A stretch of 64,000 nt of DNA from an uncultured Muribaculum sp. (GTDB lineage: Bacteria; Bacteroidota; Bacteroidia; Bacteroidales; Muribaculaceae): positions 7,067 to 71,066 of the forward strand of contig CAJTSK010000004.1 in NCBI GenBank assembly GCA_910578835.1. Direction: 5' to 3'. A program made the position numbers and the translations under genes. Below are positions 54,302 through 64,000 of the stretch, piece after piece; positions within the stretch are counted from its first letter, which is position 1, and every line of letters begins with the position of its first letter. The notes beneath the pieces are model-generated. The model made no database searches. It was not told where the DNA came from and saw only the letters and a list, made by a program, of their open reading frames with translations.

Positions 54302-54497
54302 GCTGTGTATTTATGGTTCTGGGTTATTATTTCCTAACAAAAATAATGATTATGAAATTAAAACGCAATTCAGCGACAAAATAGTATCATATTTAGATAA
54401 GATTTATACTATATATACATCTATACATTCTTTTTTCCAGATTATTTTGTGATACCACGAAATCAAGTTTGGATTTTTTTTGCTAAATTTGGGCATT

Positions 54498-54905
54498 ATG
54501 AAGAAGAAGTACATTTTTGAAATGCCGATGAAGGTACGTGACTACGAAGTTGACTCTGAAGGGATAGTCAATAACGCCATATACCTTCATTATCTTGAAC
54601 ATACACGCCATGAGTTCTGCGAATGGGCGGGGATGACGTTCCGTTCCATGCACGAGCGTGGCATCGACCCTGTATTGAGCAAAGTGGAAATCGAATACAA
54701 GACACCTCTCGGTCTCGGCGAAAGTTTTGTCAGCTGCCTCAATATATCCCGTGAAGGAGTGCGCTTTATATTCCATCAGGACATATACAACAGCGAGGGA
54801 CGCCCGGTGGTAAAAGCTAAAGTGGCATGTGTAACCACTGTCAACGGAAAACTCACACGTGGCGAGGAACTGGTGGAAGCATTCGCAAAATATCTTGCCG
54901 ACTGA
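54498..54905 (+). CDS. Acyl-CoA thioesterase (4HBT/YbgC-like)
   Basis: VRDYEVDSEGIVNNAIYLHYLEHTR. Confidence 0.9.
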   Translation: MKKKYIFEMPMKVRDYEVDSEGIVNNAIYLHYLEHTRHEFCEWAGMTFRSMHERGIDPVLSKVEIEYKTPLGLGESFVSCLNISREGVRFIFHQDIYNSEGRPVVKAKVACVTTVNGKLTRGEELVEAFAKYLAD

Positions 54906-56002
54906 TGGCCGACATATACCAAATAGCATTTGCCTCATTGCGCGGCATTACCCGCCGTCTTGCAGGGGAGATACTCTCCCGCGTGGGCGACGAGCAGCGT
55001 TTTTTCACAACTCCCGAAAAGCAGCTATCAGCAGTGATGGGCTGCACCAACCGTCTTTTCTCCGATGCTTATCGCTCCCAGATACTGGAAAAAGCAAGAA
55101 AAGAGATGGCGTTTATCTCCGGCAACGAGATAAGCACGCTATATTTTACCGACCACGCCTATCCGGCGCGGCTCAACGAGTGTGACGATGCGCCCCTACT
55201 CCTTTACGGGCTTGGAAACTGCGACCTCAACCCGGCACATATCATAAGCATAGTCGGCACGCGTCACGCCACCCCATATGGCACCGATTTCGTTATACGT
55301 CTTGTTGAGGATATCGCGAAAAAAATTGAAAATCCGGTAATCGTGAGCGGACTTGCCTATGGCATCGACATCGTAGCTCACCGGGCAGCCCTGCATTGCG
55401 GAGTGCCTACAGTAGCCGTGCTCGCCCACGGACTAAACACCATCTATCCCGCCGCTCACCGCTCCACGGCAGCCGACATTGTACGAAACGGGGGGATGCT
55501 GCTCACCGACTATATGTCACAGGATACCCTGCATAAGGGAAATTTTGTGGCACGCAACCGCATCGTTGCCGGACTATGTGACTGTACCGTGGTGGCTGAA
55601 TCAGCGATTAAAGGCGGCGCACTTATCACAGCCGGCATAGCCGCGGCTTACCACAGGGATGTGGCGGCACTTCCCGGCAGAACCTCCGACCGCTTTAGCC
55701 AGGGATGCAACAAGCTTATTGCCGACAACACGGCGGCACTCGTCAGTGATGCCGATTCGCTTATAGCCATGATGGGCTGGAAAACTATACCGCAAGAAGG
55801 CTATCAGGCGACAATACCGCTTCTGCTCACCCCTGAAGAGGAGGCAGTAATCGCTTATCTCACTGAAAAAGGCGAAGCCGACATCAACAATATATGTGTG
55901 TCGCTTAACCTCCCCATGCACCGGTTGATGCCGCTGCTGGTCGACATGGAGTTTAAAAACCTTATACTGACTTTCCCCGGAGGAAAATACCGCCTTGCCT
56001 GA
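54905..56002 (+). CDS. dprA: DNA-processing protein DprA
   Basis: IVGTR, VSGLAYGID, FVARNRIVAG, GGALITA, GCNKLI. Confidence 0.95.
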   Translation: MADIYQIAFASLRGITRRLAGEILSRVGDEQRFFTTPEKQLSAVMGCTNRLFSDAYRSQILEKARKEMAFISGNEISTLYFTDHAYPARLNECDDAPLLLYGLGNCDLNPAHIISIVGTRHATPYGTDFVIRLVEDIAKKIENPVIVSGLAYGIDIVAHRAALHCGVPTVAVLAHGLNTIYPAAHRSTAADIVRNGGMLLTDYMSQDTLHKGNFVARNRIVAGLCDCTVVAESAIKGGALITAGIAAAYHRDVAALPGRTSDRFSQGCNKLIADNTAALVSDADSLIAMMGWKTIPQEGYQATIPLLLTPEEEAVIAYLTEKGEADINNICVSLNLPMHRLMPLLVDMEFKNLILTFPGGKYRLA

Positions 56003-56030
56003 CACTCCCGGTCACCACCTCTCACTGCAA

Positions 56031-58439
56031 TCAGAAATCGATGGAGAGGCGCACATTTATCTGACGGCGTGTAAGATAATTGGGAACAGCATACTGGATA
56101 TCGTTGACATCTGTCACCCAGTAATAGCTGCTCACATTGGATATATCGAAGAGATTGAAGCAATCAAGTCCGAGCCACACCGACTTCAGATGGCGCAAAA
56201 ATCCGCTACGTTGCTGTCCATCACTCAACGGACTTAACAGCGCATAAGAGAAGCCGATATCCACACGCTTGTAAGCCGGGGTGCGGAAATATCCCTTGTC
56301 ACGCGAGCTCCGCGGTGCTGTTGTGGGCAAGCCGTCGGCAAATATACCGCGAAGGCTAAATTTCAACTTGGGAAATTTCGGGAAATAGTCGGTAAAATAG
56401 AGCGCGAAGCTATAACGCTGGTCGTTGGGGCGCGGCACCTTGACACCGTTTAAATCTTCCTGCGTCTTCATAAGCGAAAAGCTAATCCATGAATCGCTGC
56501 CGGGGACAAACTGACCAAACAGTTTGAAATCAAGACCGGTGGCAAATCCGCTTGATGAGTTTACGCCGTCGTAGACCACCTTAAGGTTGTCGACTTCATA
56601 AGGTATAAGATTGGAAAGTGCCTTGTAATAAGCCTCTCCCGATAGTTTGAAGGGGCGGTTAAACATGCGGAAAGTGTAGTCGGCTCCCAATATGAACTGC
56701 CAGCTGCGCTGCGACTTTATCTCATCGTTGAGCTTTATCATGGTGCCGTTTTCAATCGGCATCCTGAACTCCTTGTAGAAAGGTGACTGGTAGTACAGTC
56801 CCGTAGCAAAACGAAATGCCCAGTGGTCATTGCCCGCAGGCACATATCCGACGCTGACACGAGGGCTTATAAGAAATTCCTTGTTGAAATCCCAGTAACT
56901 CATCCTGACACCGCCGTTAAACGAATAATATCCGCTCGCCGCATTAAGGCGGTAGGTGTCCTGGGCAAACAGCGCAAGGCGGTTGCTCGACAAATCCTGA
57001 CGCGAAGTGAGGGAGTAAATCATCTCCAGAGTCTCGCCTGTGTTAGGCAATGAAAATCCGGCAGAGTCGCGCAACTCCCACTCTCGCGAGCGCTCATATA
57101 CATTCTCATGGTTAAATGTAAGTCCATACGATATATTGTGGTGAGCCACAGAGGTATTTCCACGGAAAGCGAGAGACAACACAGACGCCTTTATACGGTC
57201 GCGGGCATGCTCATGGTAGCGACCCACACCCAGCTCACCGCCGATACCGCCTTCACCCGAGGTACCTGCCTGGTCAAGCCAGTACTCACCCGAAATATCA
57301 TAGGTCACAAGCTCATTGGTGAGATATCCCGATGCAAGGAGAGTGTAATCAGTACTCTTCGAGGGGCGGTAACGCAGTGTAAGCGCACCGAAATAGGTCT
57401 CAAAACGGTCTTTTTCCTTGCCGTCAAAATATACCGTAAACTGCTTTGCATCTTCTGCCGTACCGAAATTCGTAGTACGGTTGACAGGTGTGAAATTATA
57501 GTTGTTTATGGCAATATTTCCCAGAAATGAAATCTGCCACTTTGAGTTTATGCGATAATTGAGATTGGTCTGATAATCGAAAAAATTGGGGTCATATTCA
57601 CCTTTTGTCTCCATTGAGCTGAGCAATGAAGTATTACGTTTGTAGCGCACTCCATGTAACTGCGAGAAATGACGTGTACTCTGCCCCAGAGAAAGGCTTC
57701 CACCCATAAGGCTACCGGAAACCGAGCCTTCAAAAGCCTCAGGCTGGCGATAAGTGATGTCAAGCACCGATGCCATCTTGTCGCCATACTCGGCAGGGAA
57801 GCCTCCGGTAGAGAAGCTTACCTTGTCAACCATGTCAGGATTAATGATACTTAAACCTTCCTGCTGACCGGAAGTGATAAGCAACGGACGATATACCTCT
57901 ATGCCGTTGATATATACGCTGTTTTCATCATATGAGCCGCCACGTACCGAGTATTGCGACGACATTTCATTTGACGAGCTGACACCAGCCATCGTGGTGA
58001 TAAGCGACTCTATGCTACCTCCCGACACATCGGGCGAAAGCTTGTAGGAGCCGGCATCGATTGACTGTAATGAACCTGTCTGCTTCTTAAATTCGGTCAC
58101 CTCGACTTCAGAAAGTTCCTTTGATGACAGATACATGCGCACATTGACCGTCTGGTCGCCCTTTGCATCAATCAGCTGACGCTCGACTTCCTTATAGCCG
58201 ATACACGTGAATACAAGCTTGATTGTATCTTGCTGCGCGGCCGACAGCTGATATTCGCCTTCAAGGCCGGTAGTTGTGCCGATAGCTGTGCCCGCGACCC
58301 TGACAGTGACAAATTCCATCGGACTATTGTCGGCATCGGTCACCTTTCCATGAATCTTCACCTGCGCCTGCGCCGCCACTCCACATAACAGGCAAACCGA
58401 AAATAATATATATCGTATAAGCGTCATTACTTTTTCCAT
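56031..58439 (-). CDS. TonB-dependent receptor with carboxypeptidase-regulatory-like N-domain
   Basis: YSVRGGSYDENSVYING plug, GGFPAEYGDKMASVLDI, C-terminal Phe. Confidence 0.88.
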   Translation of the reverse strand: MEKVMTLIRYILFSVCLLCGVAAQAQVKIHGKVTDADNSPMEFVTVRVAGTAIGTTTGLEGEYQLSAAQQDTIKLVFTCIGYKEVERQLIDAKGDQTVNVRMYLSSKELSEVEVTEFKKQTGSLQSIDAGSYKLSPDVSGGSIESLITTMAGVSSSNEMSSQYSVRGGSYDENSVYINGIEVYRPLLITSGQQEGLSIINPDMVDKVSFSTGGFPAEYGDKMASVLDITYRQPEAFEGSVSGSLMGGSLSLGQSTRHFSQLHGVRYKRNTSLLSSMETKGEYDPNFFDYQTNLNYRINSKWQISFLGNIAINNYNFTPVNRTTNFGTAEDAKQFTVYFDGKEKDRFETYFGALTLRYRPSKSTDYTLLASGYLTNELVTYDISGEYWLDQAGTSGEGGIGGELGVGRYHEHARDRIKASVLSLAFRGNTSVAHHNISYGLTFNHENVYERSREWELRDSAGFSLPNTGETLEMIYSLTSRQDLSSNRLALFAQDTYRLNAASGYYSFNGGVRMSYWDFNKEFLISPRVSVGYVPAGNDHWAFRFATGLYYQSPFYKEFRMPIENGTMIKLNDEIKSQRSWQFILGADYTFRMFNRPFKLSGEAYYKALSNLIPYEVDNLKVVYDGVNSSSGFATGLDFKLFGQFVPGSDSWISFSLMKTQEDLNGVKVPRPNDQRYSFALYFTDYFPKFPKLKFSLRGIFADGLPTTAPRSSRDKGYFRTPAYKRVDIGFSYALLSPLSDGQQRSGFLRHLKSVWLGLDCFNLFDISNVSSYYWVTDVNDIQYAVPNYLTRRQINVRLSIDF

Positions 58440-58560
58440 ATATCTATACCTAATAGTAACGAAAACGACACTCAACAAATTATGTGTTCCTCCACTTTTA
58501 TTTCATCGCATGAGACATATCGCCGGGAGCTGTCGTCAACGCGTAAGGCGACTCATGTAG

Positions 58561-58585
58561 GCAACATTTATTATTAAACAAGCTC
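58561..58585 (+). repeat. Solo right end of the 348-bp element
   Basis: GCAACATTTATTATTAAACAAGCTC|TTA identical to 5067-5094. Confidence 0.85.
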
Positions 58586-58671
58586 TTATGTAAAGTTAAT
58601 CCTTTTTTTGAGAAGCGGTCTAATTGCTATTCAGCTATTTTGACTAAATTTGCAAAAAGATTTTTTTTGAG

Positions 58672-59982
58672 ATGAAAATAGCAATCGTTGGGACTGGATA
58701 TGTTGGGCTTGTTTCCGGAGCCTGTTTTGCCGAAGTAGGTATCGACGTAACATGCGTGGATGTGGATGTCAATAAGATAGAGCGGCTGCACCGCGGGGAG
58801 ATTCCCATCTATGAGCCGGGACTTGACGACCTGGTGAAGCGCAACGTCAAGGAAGGACGCCTGCACTTTACGACCGACCTCCTGTCGTGTCTCGATGATG
58901 TGGAAGTAGTGTTCTGCGCAGTCGGCACCCCACCCGACGAAGATGGCAGTGCCGACTTGAAATATGTGCTTGAAGTGGCGCGCACTTTCGGACAGAATAT
59001 AAAGCGCTACACCATTCTTGTCACCAAGAGCACCGTCCCTGTCGGCACATCAAAAAAGATAAAGGCGGTAGTGGATGCCGAGCTTTCAAAACGTGGCGAA
59101 GATATCCCCTATGAGGTTGCTTCCAATCCTGAATTTCTCAAAGAGGGAGCAGCAATCAAAGATTTCATGTCGCCCGACCGCGTGGTGATAGGCATCGAGA
59201 GTGACCGCTCACGCAAAGTGATGGAACGCCTTTACCGCCCGTTCCTTCTCAACAATTTCCGCGTTATTTTCATGGATATCGCATCGGCTGAAATGACAAA
59301 ATATGCCGCCAACTCCATGCTTGCCACACGCATCTCGTTCATGAACGACATAGCCAACCTCTGCGAACTGGTAGGCGCAGATGTCAATATGGTGAGGAAA
59401 GGCATAGGCACCGATGCCCGTATCGGCAACAAGTTTCTATATGCCGGTTGCGGCTACGGAGGCTCATGCTTCCCGAAAGATGTCAAGGCTCTTATCCACA
59501 CAGGAAAGGAGCATGGCTATACAATGCGCATAATCGAGGCTGTCGAAGAAGTCAACGACAGGCAGAAATCAATCGTATATGACAAGCTTGCAGCCACTCT
59601 CGGCGACCTGAAAGGAAAGCGCATAGCCCTATGGGGACTTGCATTCAAACCGGAGACCGACGACATGCGCGAGGCTCCCTCTCTCGTGGTGATTGAAAAG
59701 CTGCTGGCTGCCGGTGCCACTGTGGTAGCCTACGACCCGGTGAGCATCCCCGAGGCTCAGCGCCGTCTTGGTGACAAGGTGACCTACGCCCGCGACATGT
59801 ATGAAGCGGTGATTGATGCCGATGCGCTCGCCTTGCTTACCGAGTGGAAGCAATTCAGGGTACCTTCATGGAATGTGCTCCACCGCGTAATGCGCGGCAA
59901 TCTAATCATTGACGGCAGAAACATCTACGACCCCGACGAACTGGCTGAAGAAGGCTTCATCTACCATTGCATCGGCAAGTGA
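58672..59982 (+). CDS. ugd: UDP-glucose 6-dehydrogenase
   Basis: GTGYVG, KSTVPVGT, NPEFLKEG, GYGGSCFPKD, AFKPETDDMR. Confidence 0.95.
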   Translation: MKIAIVGTGYVGLVSGACFAEVGIDVTCVDVDVNKIERLHRGEIPIYEPGLDDLVKRNVKEGRLHFTTDLLSCLDDVEVVFCAVGTPPDEDGSADLKYVLEVARTFGQNIKRYTILVTKSTVPVGTSKKIKAVVDAELSKRGEDIPYEVASNPEFLKEGAAIKDFMSPDRVVIGIESDRSRKVMERLYRPFLLNNFRVIFMDIASAEMTKYAANSMLATRISFMNDIANLCELVGADVNMVRKGIGTDARIGNKFLYAGCGYGGSCFPKDVKALIHTGKEHGYTMRIIEAVEEVNDRQKSIVYDKLAATLGDLKGKRIALWGLAFKPETDDMREAPSLVVIEKLLAAGATVVAYDPVSIPEAQRRLGDKVTYARDMYEAVIDADALALLTEWKQFRVPSWNVLHRVMRGNLIIDGRNIYDPDELAEEGFIYHCIGK

Positions 59983-60093
59983 CATAGCAAGCACCGGCAA
60001 ACATTCTTTATATCCAATTATTCGAGAGAAAAATTTGGTGATTGAAACCTTTTGGTTAAATTTGCATAATTTCAATCACAAATCTCTCGCCTC

Positions 60094-61083
60094 ATGCACC
60101 GACTTTCAGCAAGCGTGCTTGCCATGCTCCTGTCATTTCTATCCCTATTGAATGCCGACGTAATCGATGATTACGCGCCGGGCAGAAGTGGAGAAGCACT
60201 CAAAAACACTATTTCCCGCCATTGCCGACCTTCCTATCATGTCGACGAGCAGCATCTTGTCCAGCATATTTTCGCAATATTCACCGCTGATGACGGGATA
60301 ACCCGCGACGGACTCAACGGACTACCGATTGACGATCCCGATTTCGCCATGATTTCCTGCATCGTGCCTACTGAATGGATGAATCCCGACCCGAATTACC
60401 TTGCCGAAGCGACAATCGACCTCCACAATATGCTTATCGCCGACGGAGCCACGGCAATCGACCGCGGACAGCTGCCGCTGAGTGACCAACGCGATGGCTA
60501 TGACTGCGTAACGCCGCCGGAAAACATGAAAGGCGACATCGCACGCGCCATATTTTATGTCGCGTCAATCTATCCGTGCCGGCTATGGGGAAGCTGGGGA
60601 AGAGGAATATTTGACAACACGCCATACCCTACCCTGAAAAAAGAATGGAGCGACATGTACATGAGATGGCACAAGGCCGACCCCGTAGACAGTGACGAAA
60701 AGGCTCGCAACGAAGCAATCGCCTCCCTGCAAGGCAACCTCAATCCATTTATCACCCACCCCGACCTTGCCGACTACCTCTGGGGAGCGAAGGCAGGAGA
60801 AGTGTACCGACCGTCATCGCAACCCGGCAAGCCTGAAAATCCCGACAACCCGGAGACACCATCCACGCCACTCTCGCCTATCCCGCTGCAAAGCAGCTAT
60901 GACAGCCAAGATGACTATATATGGTTCTACTCCCCATATGTACCTGCCGACGCGACATGGAGCATTGACGGAAATGCGGTCGCAGAGCGTATCACGGTAG
61001 CATCATTAAGCATAGGCACTCATGAGGTGCGCTTCAAGTCAGCGACCTCAGCCGGTAAACTAATCATCGAAATCAAGCCATGA
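60094..61083 (+). CDS. Endonuclease I family-like exported protein with degenerate active site
   Basis: DLHN, KGDIARAIFY, WHKADPV..E..RNEAI..QGNLNPF; Pro-rich linker. Confidence 0.75.
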   Translation: MHRLSASVLAMLLSFLSLLNADVIDDYAPGRSGEALKNTISRHCRPSYHVDEQHLVQHIFAIFTADDGITRDGLNGLPIDDPDFAMISCIVPTEWMNPDPNYLAEATIDLHNMLIADGATAIDRGQLPLSDQRDGYDCVTPPENMKGDIARAIFYVASIYPCRLWGSWGRGIFDNTPYPTLKKEWSDMYMRWHKADPVDSDEKARNEAIASLQGNLNPFITHPDLADYLWGAKAGEVYRPSSQPGKPENPDNPETPSTPLSPIPLQSSYDSQDDYIWFYSPYVPADATWSIDGNAVAERITVASLSIGTHEVRFKSATSAGKLIIEIKP

Positions 61084-61517
61084 AACCGATTCTCCTCCTT
61101 GTCGCGGTACTACTGACGGCAACCGCATGTAACAAGACCAAGACTATTGACGACATCGACCCTGAGCAGCTGAAGCCTGTCGGAAGCGAGGTGACCAATC
61201 CCGGCTACTCATTTGCAGCCGAACTTGACGATGACTGTTGCCGGTTTGTCGCAGATATGCTGACCCTCCGTTACAATGACGGCGGCATACTGTTCAGCAA
61301 GGAAACCGAGGGCGAAGTCACCATCTACCGCGCAGTTGAACTTGCCACAGGCAACAGCGCAGAGTTACGCCTCGCCGACTCCCCGTGCCTGCTTGTCAAC
61401 GGCAAGGAAATTGCAGTGAAATCAGTGGTGATAGAGCGCGAAAATAAAAAGGGAGCCTGGATAAACATCCTGACTCCCGATTATAAACGTATTGTCTTTG
61501 TAGTTACCGACCTGTAG
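61080..61517 (+). CDS. Lipoprotein of unknown function
   Basis: Lipobox ATAC; ATGA overlap with the upstream gene. Confidence 0.65.
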   Translation: MKPILLLVAVLLTATACNKTKTIDDIDPEQLKPVGSEVTNPGYSFAAELDDDCCRFVADMLTLRYNDGGILFSKETEGEVTIYRAVELATGNSAELRLADSPCLLVNGKEIAVKSVVIERENKKGAWINILTPDYKRIVFVVTDL

Positions 61518-61519
61518 CC

Positions 61520-62377
61520 CTACTTGCGCTTCTGCGGTTTCTCGTCGGCAAACCGATTGGGAAACGACAGCTGCACCTTGGGCCGCATCATCGCATAAAT
61601 AACGAGGAACACTCCAAGCAGAATAAACGGTATGCTAAGCTGCTGACCGATGTTCAATGTCATTGTAGCCTCACGTGCCACCTGGTCATTCTTGATAAAC
61701 TCGATAAGGAAACGCGGCAGGAAGATACCGATGAAAAACACTCCAAGTATCAAGCCGGGGCGCTCTTCGGCATTTTTCTTCCAGTACATCCACATCAGGA
61801 GTCCGAAAAGCGCAAAATAACATAGCGCCTCGTAAATCTGGGTAGGATGCACCGCCTGACCCTCGTAGAGCGCATGCCATTCGCGCGAGCGGACAAACAT
61901 GAAGCCCCACGGCAAGTCGGTAGCCGTACCGAATATTTCTGAATTAAACAGGTTGCCAAGACGTATGAGACCGCCGACAAGCGCTATCGCTATGACCAGA
62001 CGGTCAAATGTCCACAACGGACTTTTCTTGGTTACAAATACGGAAAACAGTATCACCGCAATGATGATTGCCACTGTGCCTCCATGACTGGCGAGTCCGC
62101 CCTCCCAGATATAAAGTATCTTAATCGGGTCGGCGCGATACACATCCCACTCATAGAAAAACACGTGACCGAGGCGCGCACCTACGATTGTGGCAACCAC
62201 GACATATATAAGCAGGATGCCGAGCCAACGCTCGGGAGCACCCTCATGCTTAAACATGCGCGCCACAATCTCATATCCCACCAGAAATCCGATGGCAAAC
62301 ATAAGTCCGTACCACCTTACGGTGACAAAACCGCTGAACAGCTCAGGGTTGACGTTCCAGGTTATAAAATCAAGCAT
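61520..62377 (-). CDS. lgt: Prolipoprotein diacylglyceryl transferase
   Basis: RWYGL, GARLGH, GGLASHG, RLGNLFNSE, HPTQIYE. Confidence 0.96.
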   Translation of the reverse strand: MLDFITWNVNPELFSGFVTVRWYGLMFAIGFLVGYEIVARMFKHEGAPERWLGILLIYVVVATIVGARLGHVFFYEWDVYRADPIKILYIWEGGLASHGGTVAIIIAVILFSVFVTKKSPLWTFDRLVIAIALVGGLIRLGNLFNSEIFGTATDLPWGFMFVRSREWHALYEGQAVHPTQIYEALCYFALFGLLMWMYWKKNAEERPGLILGVFFIGIFLPRFLIEFIKNDQVAREATMTLNIGQQLSIPFILLGVFLVIYAMMRPKVQLSFPNRFADEKPQKRK

Positions 62378-62385
62378 TTCTACAA

Positions 62386-63285
62386 TTATACTAAATGACG
62401 GATTAACTCCTCGCGGTCGCCGTAAAGCATATCGATTACCGGAATCTCGATCATCGTATAAGCTCCCGGACGCTCAATCATGGTGGCACGAGCCACACCC
62501 ACGAGTATCTGAGCTGTCAAAGCGGGGTTGTTGATTGACATGTTGAATTCAAACCGCTGGTTCTGGGTGACTCCCGACACGCCCTTTCTTACCATGTTAA
62601 CGCCATGTCCCATATCCTTGATATCGTCGACCGACGGAACGGCAAACACATGGGTTTCATCGCTGGCAAAATAGGGGTCTTCCTTCACCGCCTTGGCGAT
62701 ATCTTCAATCTTGTATCCATCTTCAACCTCAACATACACCATGCGGCGGTGGATGCCTGTACCGAGAGGAATCGTCATCGAAAGGGCGTTTTTAACACCC
62801 GGCTTCGACTTGACAGCAACGGTGTGTCCCATGCTCATGCCCGGTCCGAAATTAGTGTAAGTCACACCCTTCGGAGCTGCAGCCTGCATAAGCGCGCGCA
62901 CTACAGAGTCACTGCCCGGATCCCAACCGGCAGATATGATAGCAACGGAGCCATGAGCCTTGGCGATAGGGTCAAGAGCAGCCCTAAGGTCGGCTATACC
63001 ACCGTGTATATCATAGCTGTCTACTGTGTTGATGCCTTCAGCAAGGAGTATACGCGCATATTTCTCAACTTCGCGGGTAGGCGTACAAAGTATCGCCACC
63101 TGAACGTCGTCAAGTTCAAGCACGTCACTTACTACCTTATAGCCGGCAAGCTCGGCAGGCTGCTCTCCGGCAGGATTGCGTCTTACAACGCCTGCCACTT
63201 CAAAGTCAGGTGCCTCACAAAGCGCATCCAACACAAACTTTCCAATGTTACCATATCCAACTATGGCAGCTCTAATCTTCTTCAT
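62386..63285 (-). CDS. ddh: meso-Diaminopimelate dehydrogenase
   Basis: VGYGNIG, TVDSYDIH, AGWDPG, FGPGMSMGH. Confidence 0.93.
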   Translation of the reverse strand: MKKIRAAIVGYGNIGKFVLDALCEAPDFEVAGVVRRNPAGEQPAELAGYKVVSDVLELDDVQVAILCTPTREVEKYARILLAEGINTVDSYDIHGGIADLRAALDPIAKAHGSVAIISAGWDPGSDSVVRALMQAAAPKGVTYTNFGPGMSMGHTVAVKSKPGVKNALSMTIPLGTGIHRRMVYVEVEDGYKIEDIAKAVKEDPYFASDETHVFAVPSVDDIKDMGHGVNMVRKGVSGVTQNQRFEFNMSINNPALTAQILVGVARATMIERPGAYTMIEIPVIDMLYGDREELIRHLV

Positions 63286-63321
63286 TTTATATATAATTAA
63301 AAAAACAGAATATCCTGTCTG

Positions 63322-64000
63322 TTATTCCGGCTGACGTCCGTTTACGATAGCCTCTGTATCGCGGGCTATCATAAGCTCTTCATCAGTAGGTATCACCACT
63401 ACCTTGACAGCTGAATCAGGTGCAGAGATAAGCTTTTCTTCACCGCGTGAAGATAAGTTGACATCATTGTCTATCTTGACACCGAGATAAGTCAAGTGGT
63501 CACATACGCGCTTGCGGAGCACCTGCTGATTTTCACCGACACCGCCGGTAAACGCGATGACATCTACCCCGTTGAGCACGGCGGCAAATGCACCTACATA
63601 CTTTATGATACGGTAGATATACATGTCAAGGGCAAGCTTAGCACGCTCATCGCCCTTCTCGATTGCAGCGTCGATGTCGCGCATGTCGGAAGAGATACCC
63701 GAGATACCGGCAACACCGCTCTTCTTGTTGATAAGGTCGCTGAGCTGCTTGGTGGTAAGATTCTCCTTGTCCATGATAAATGTGAGCGCACCGGGGTCAA
63801 CGTCACCAACGCGGGTACCCATCATCAATCCCTCAACGGGAGTAAGACCCATTGTGGTGTCTACACTCTTTCCGTCGAGCACTGCCGTGATTGAGCCTCC
63901 GTTACCGATGTGGCAGGTAATCACGCGCTGCTTTTCGTAGGGCAAACCAAGGAAGTCACATGCACGGCGCGACACATAGCGGTGGCTGGTGCCGTGGAAA
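63322..64000 (-). CDS. ackA: Acetate kinase (5' part outside the window)
   Basis: FHGTSHRYV at the window edge, CHIGNGGS, MGLTPVEGLMMGTR, FTGGVGEN, IPTDEEL. Confidence 0.95.
   Translation of the reverse strand, partial: FHGTSHRYVSRRACDFLGLPYEKQRVITCHIGNGGSITAVLDGKSVDTTMGLTPVEGLMMGTRVGDVDPGALTFIMDKENLTTKQLSDLINKKSGVAGISGISSDMRDIDAAIEKGDERAKLALDMYIYRIIKYVGAFAAVLNGVDVIAFTGGVGENQQVLRKRVCDHLTYLGVKIDNDVNLSSRGEEKLISAPDSAVKVVVIPTDEELMIARDTEAIVNGRQPE

Overview
Chromosomal, mostly housekeeping region of a Bacteroidales bacterium, inferred from gene content and recurrent TAnnTTTG/TTTG promoters; Muribaculaceae-like is a guess. It holds a dTDP-3-amino-sugar cluster (rfbA, two fdtA-like genes, fdtB-like), an attenuator-controlled trpBEGDCFA operon, and a GT2-PRTase-HAD trio. 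It also holds a guaB/PPIase/surA/OstA block, gmd-ddl-murF, ffh, panCD, nrdDG, rmuC, GH97, GH36, dprA, ugd, lgt, ddh and a partial ackA. The most unusual feature is a 348-bp non-coding element present as two near-identical full copies (4744-5091 and 10763-11110, opposite orientation) plus two solo ends. It has 33-bp terminal inverted repeats and a TTA/TAA duplication. Its two halves are inverted, covarying copies of a hairpin with a back-to-back double kink-turn-like core, so either strand would give a structured RNA. One solo end supplies the C-terminus and stop codon of a sugar isomerase gene. Other points of interest are a Trp leader peptide, a candidate sRNA and an outer-membrane gene split by one in-frame TGA. 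No rRNA, tRNA, CRISPR array or transposase was seen. All calls come from reading motifs by eye; no database searches were run.
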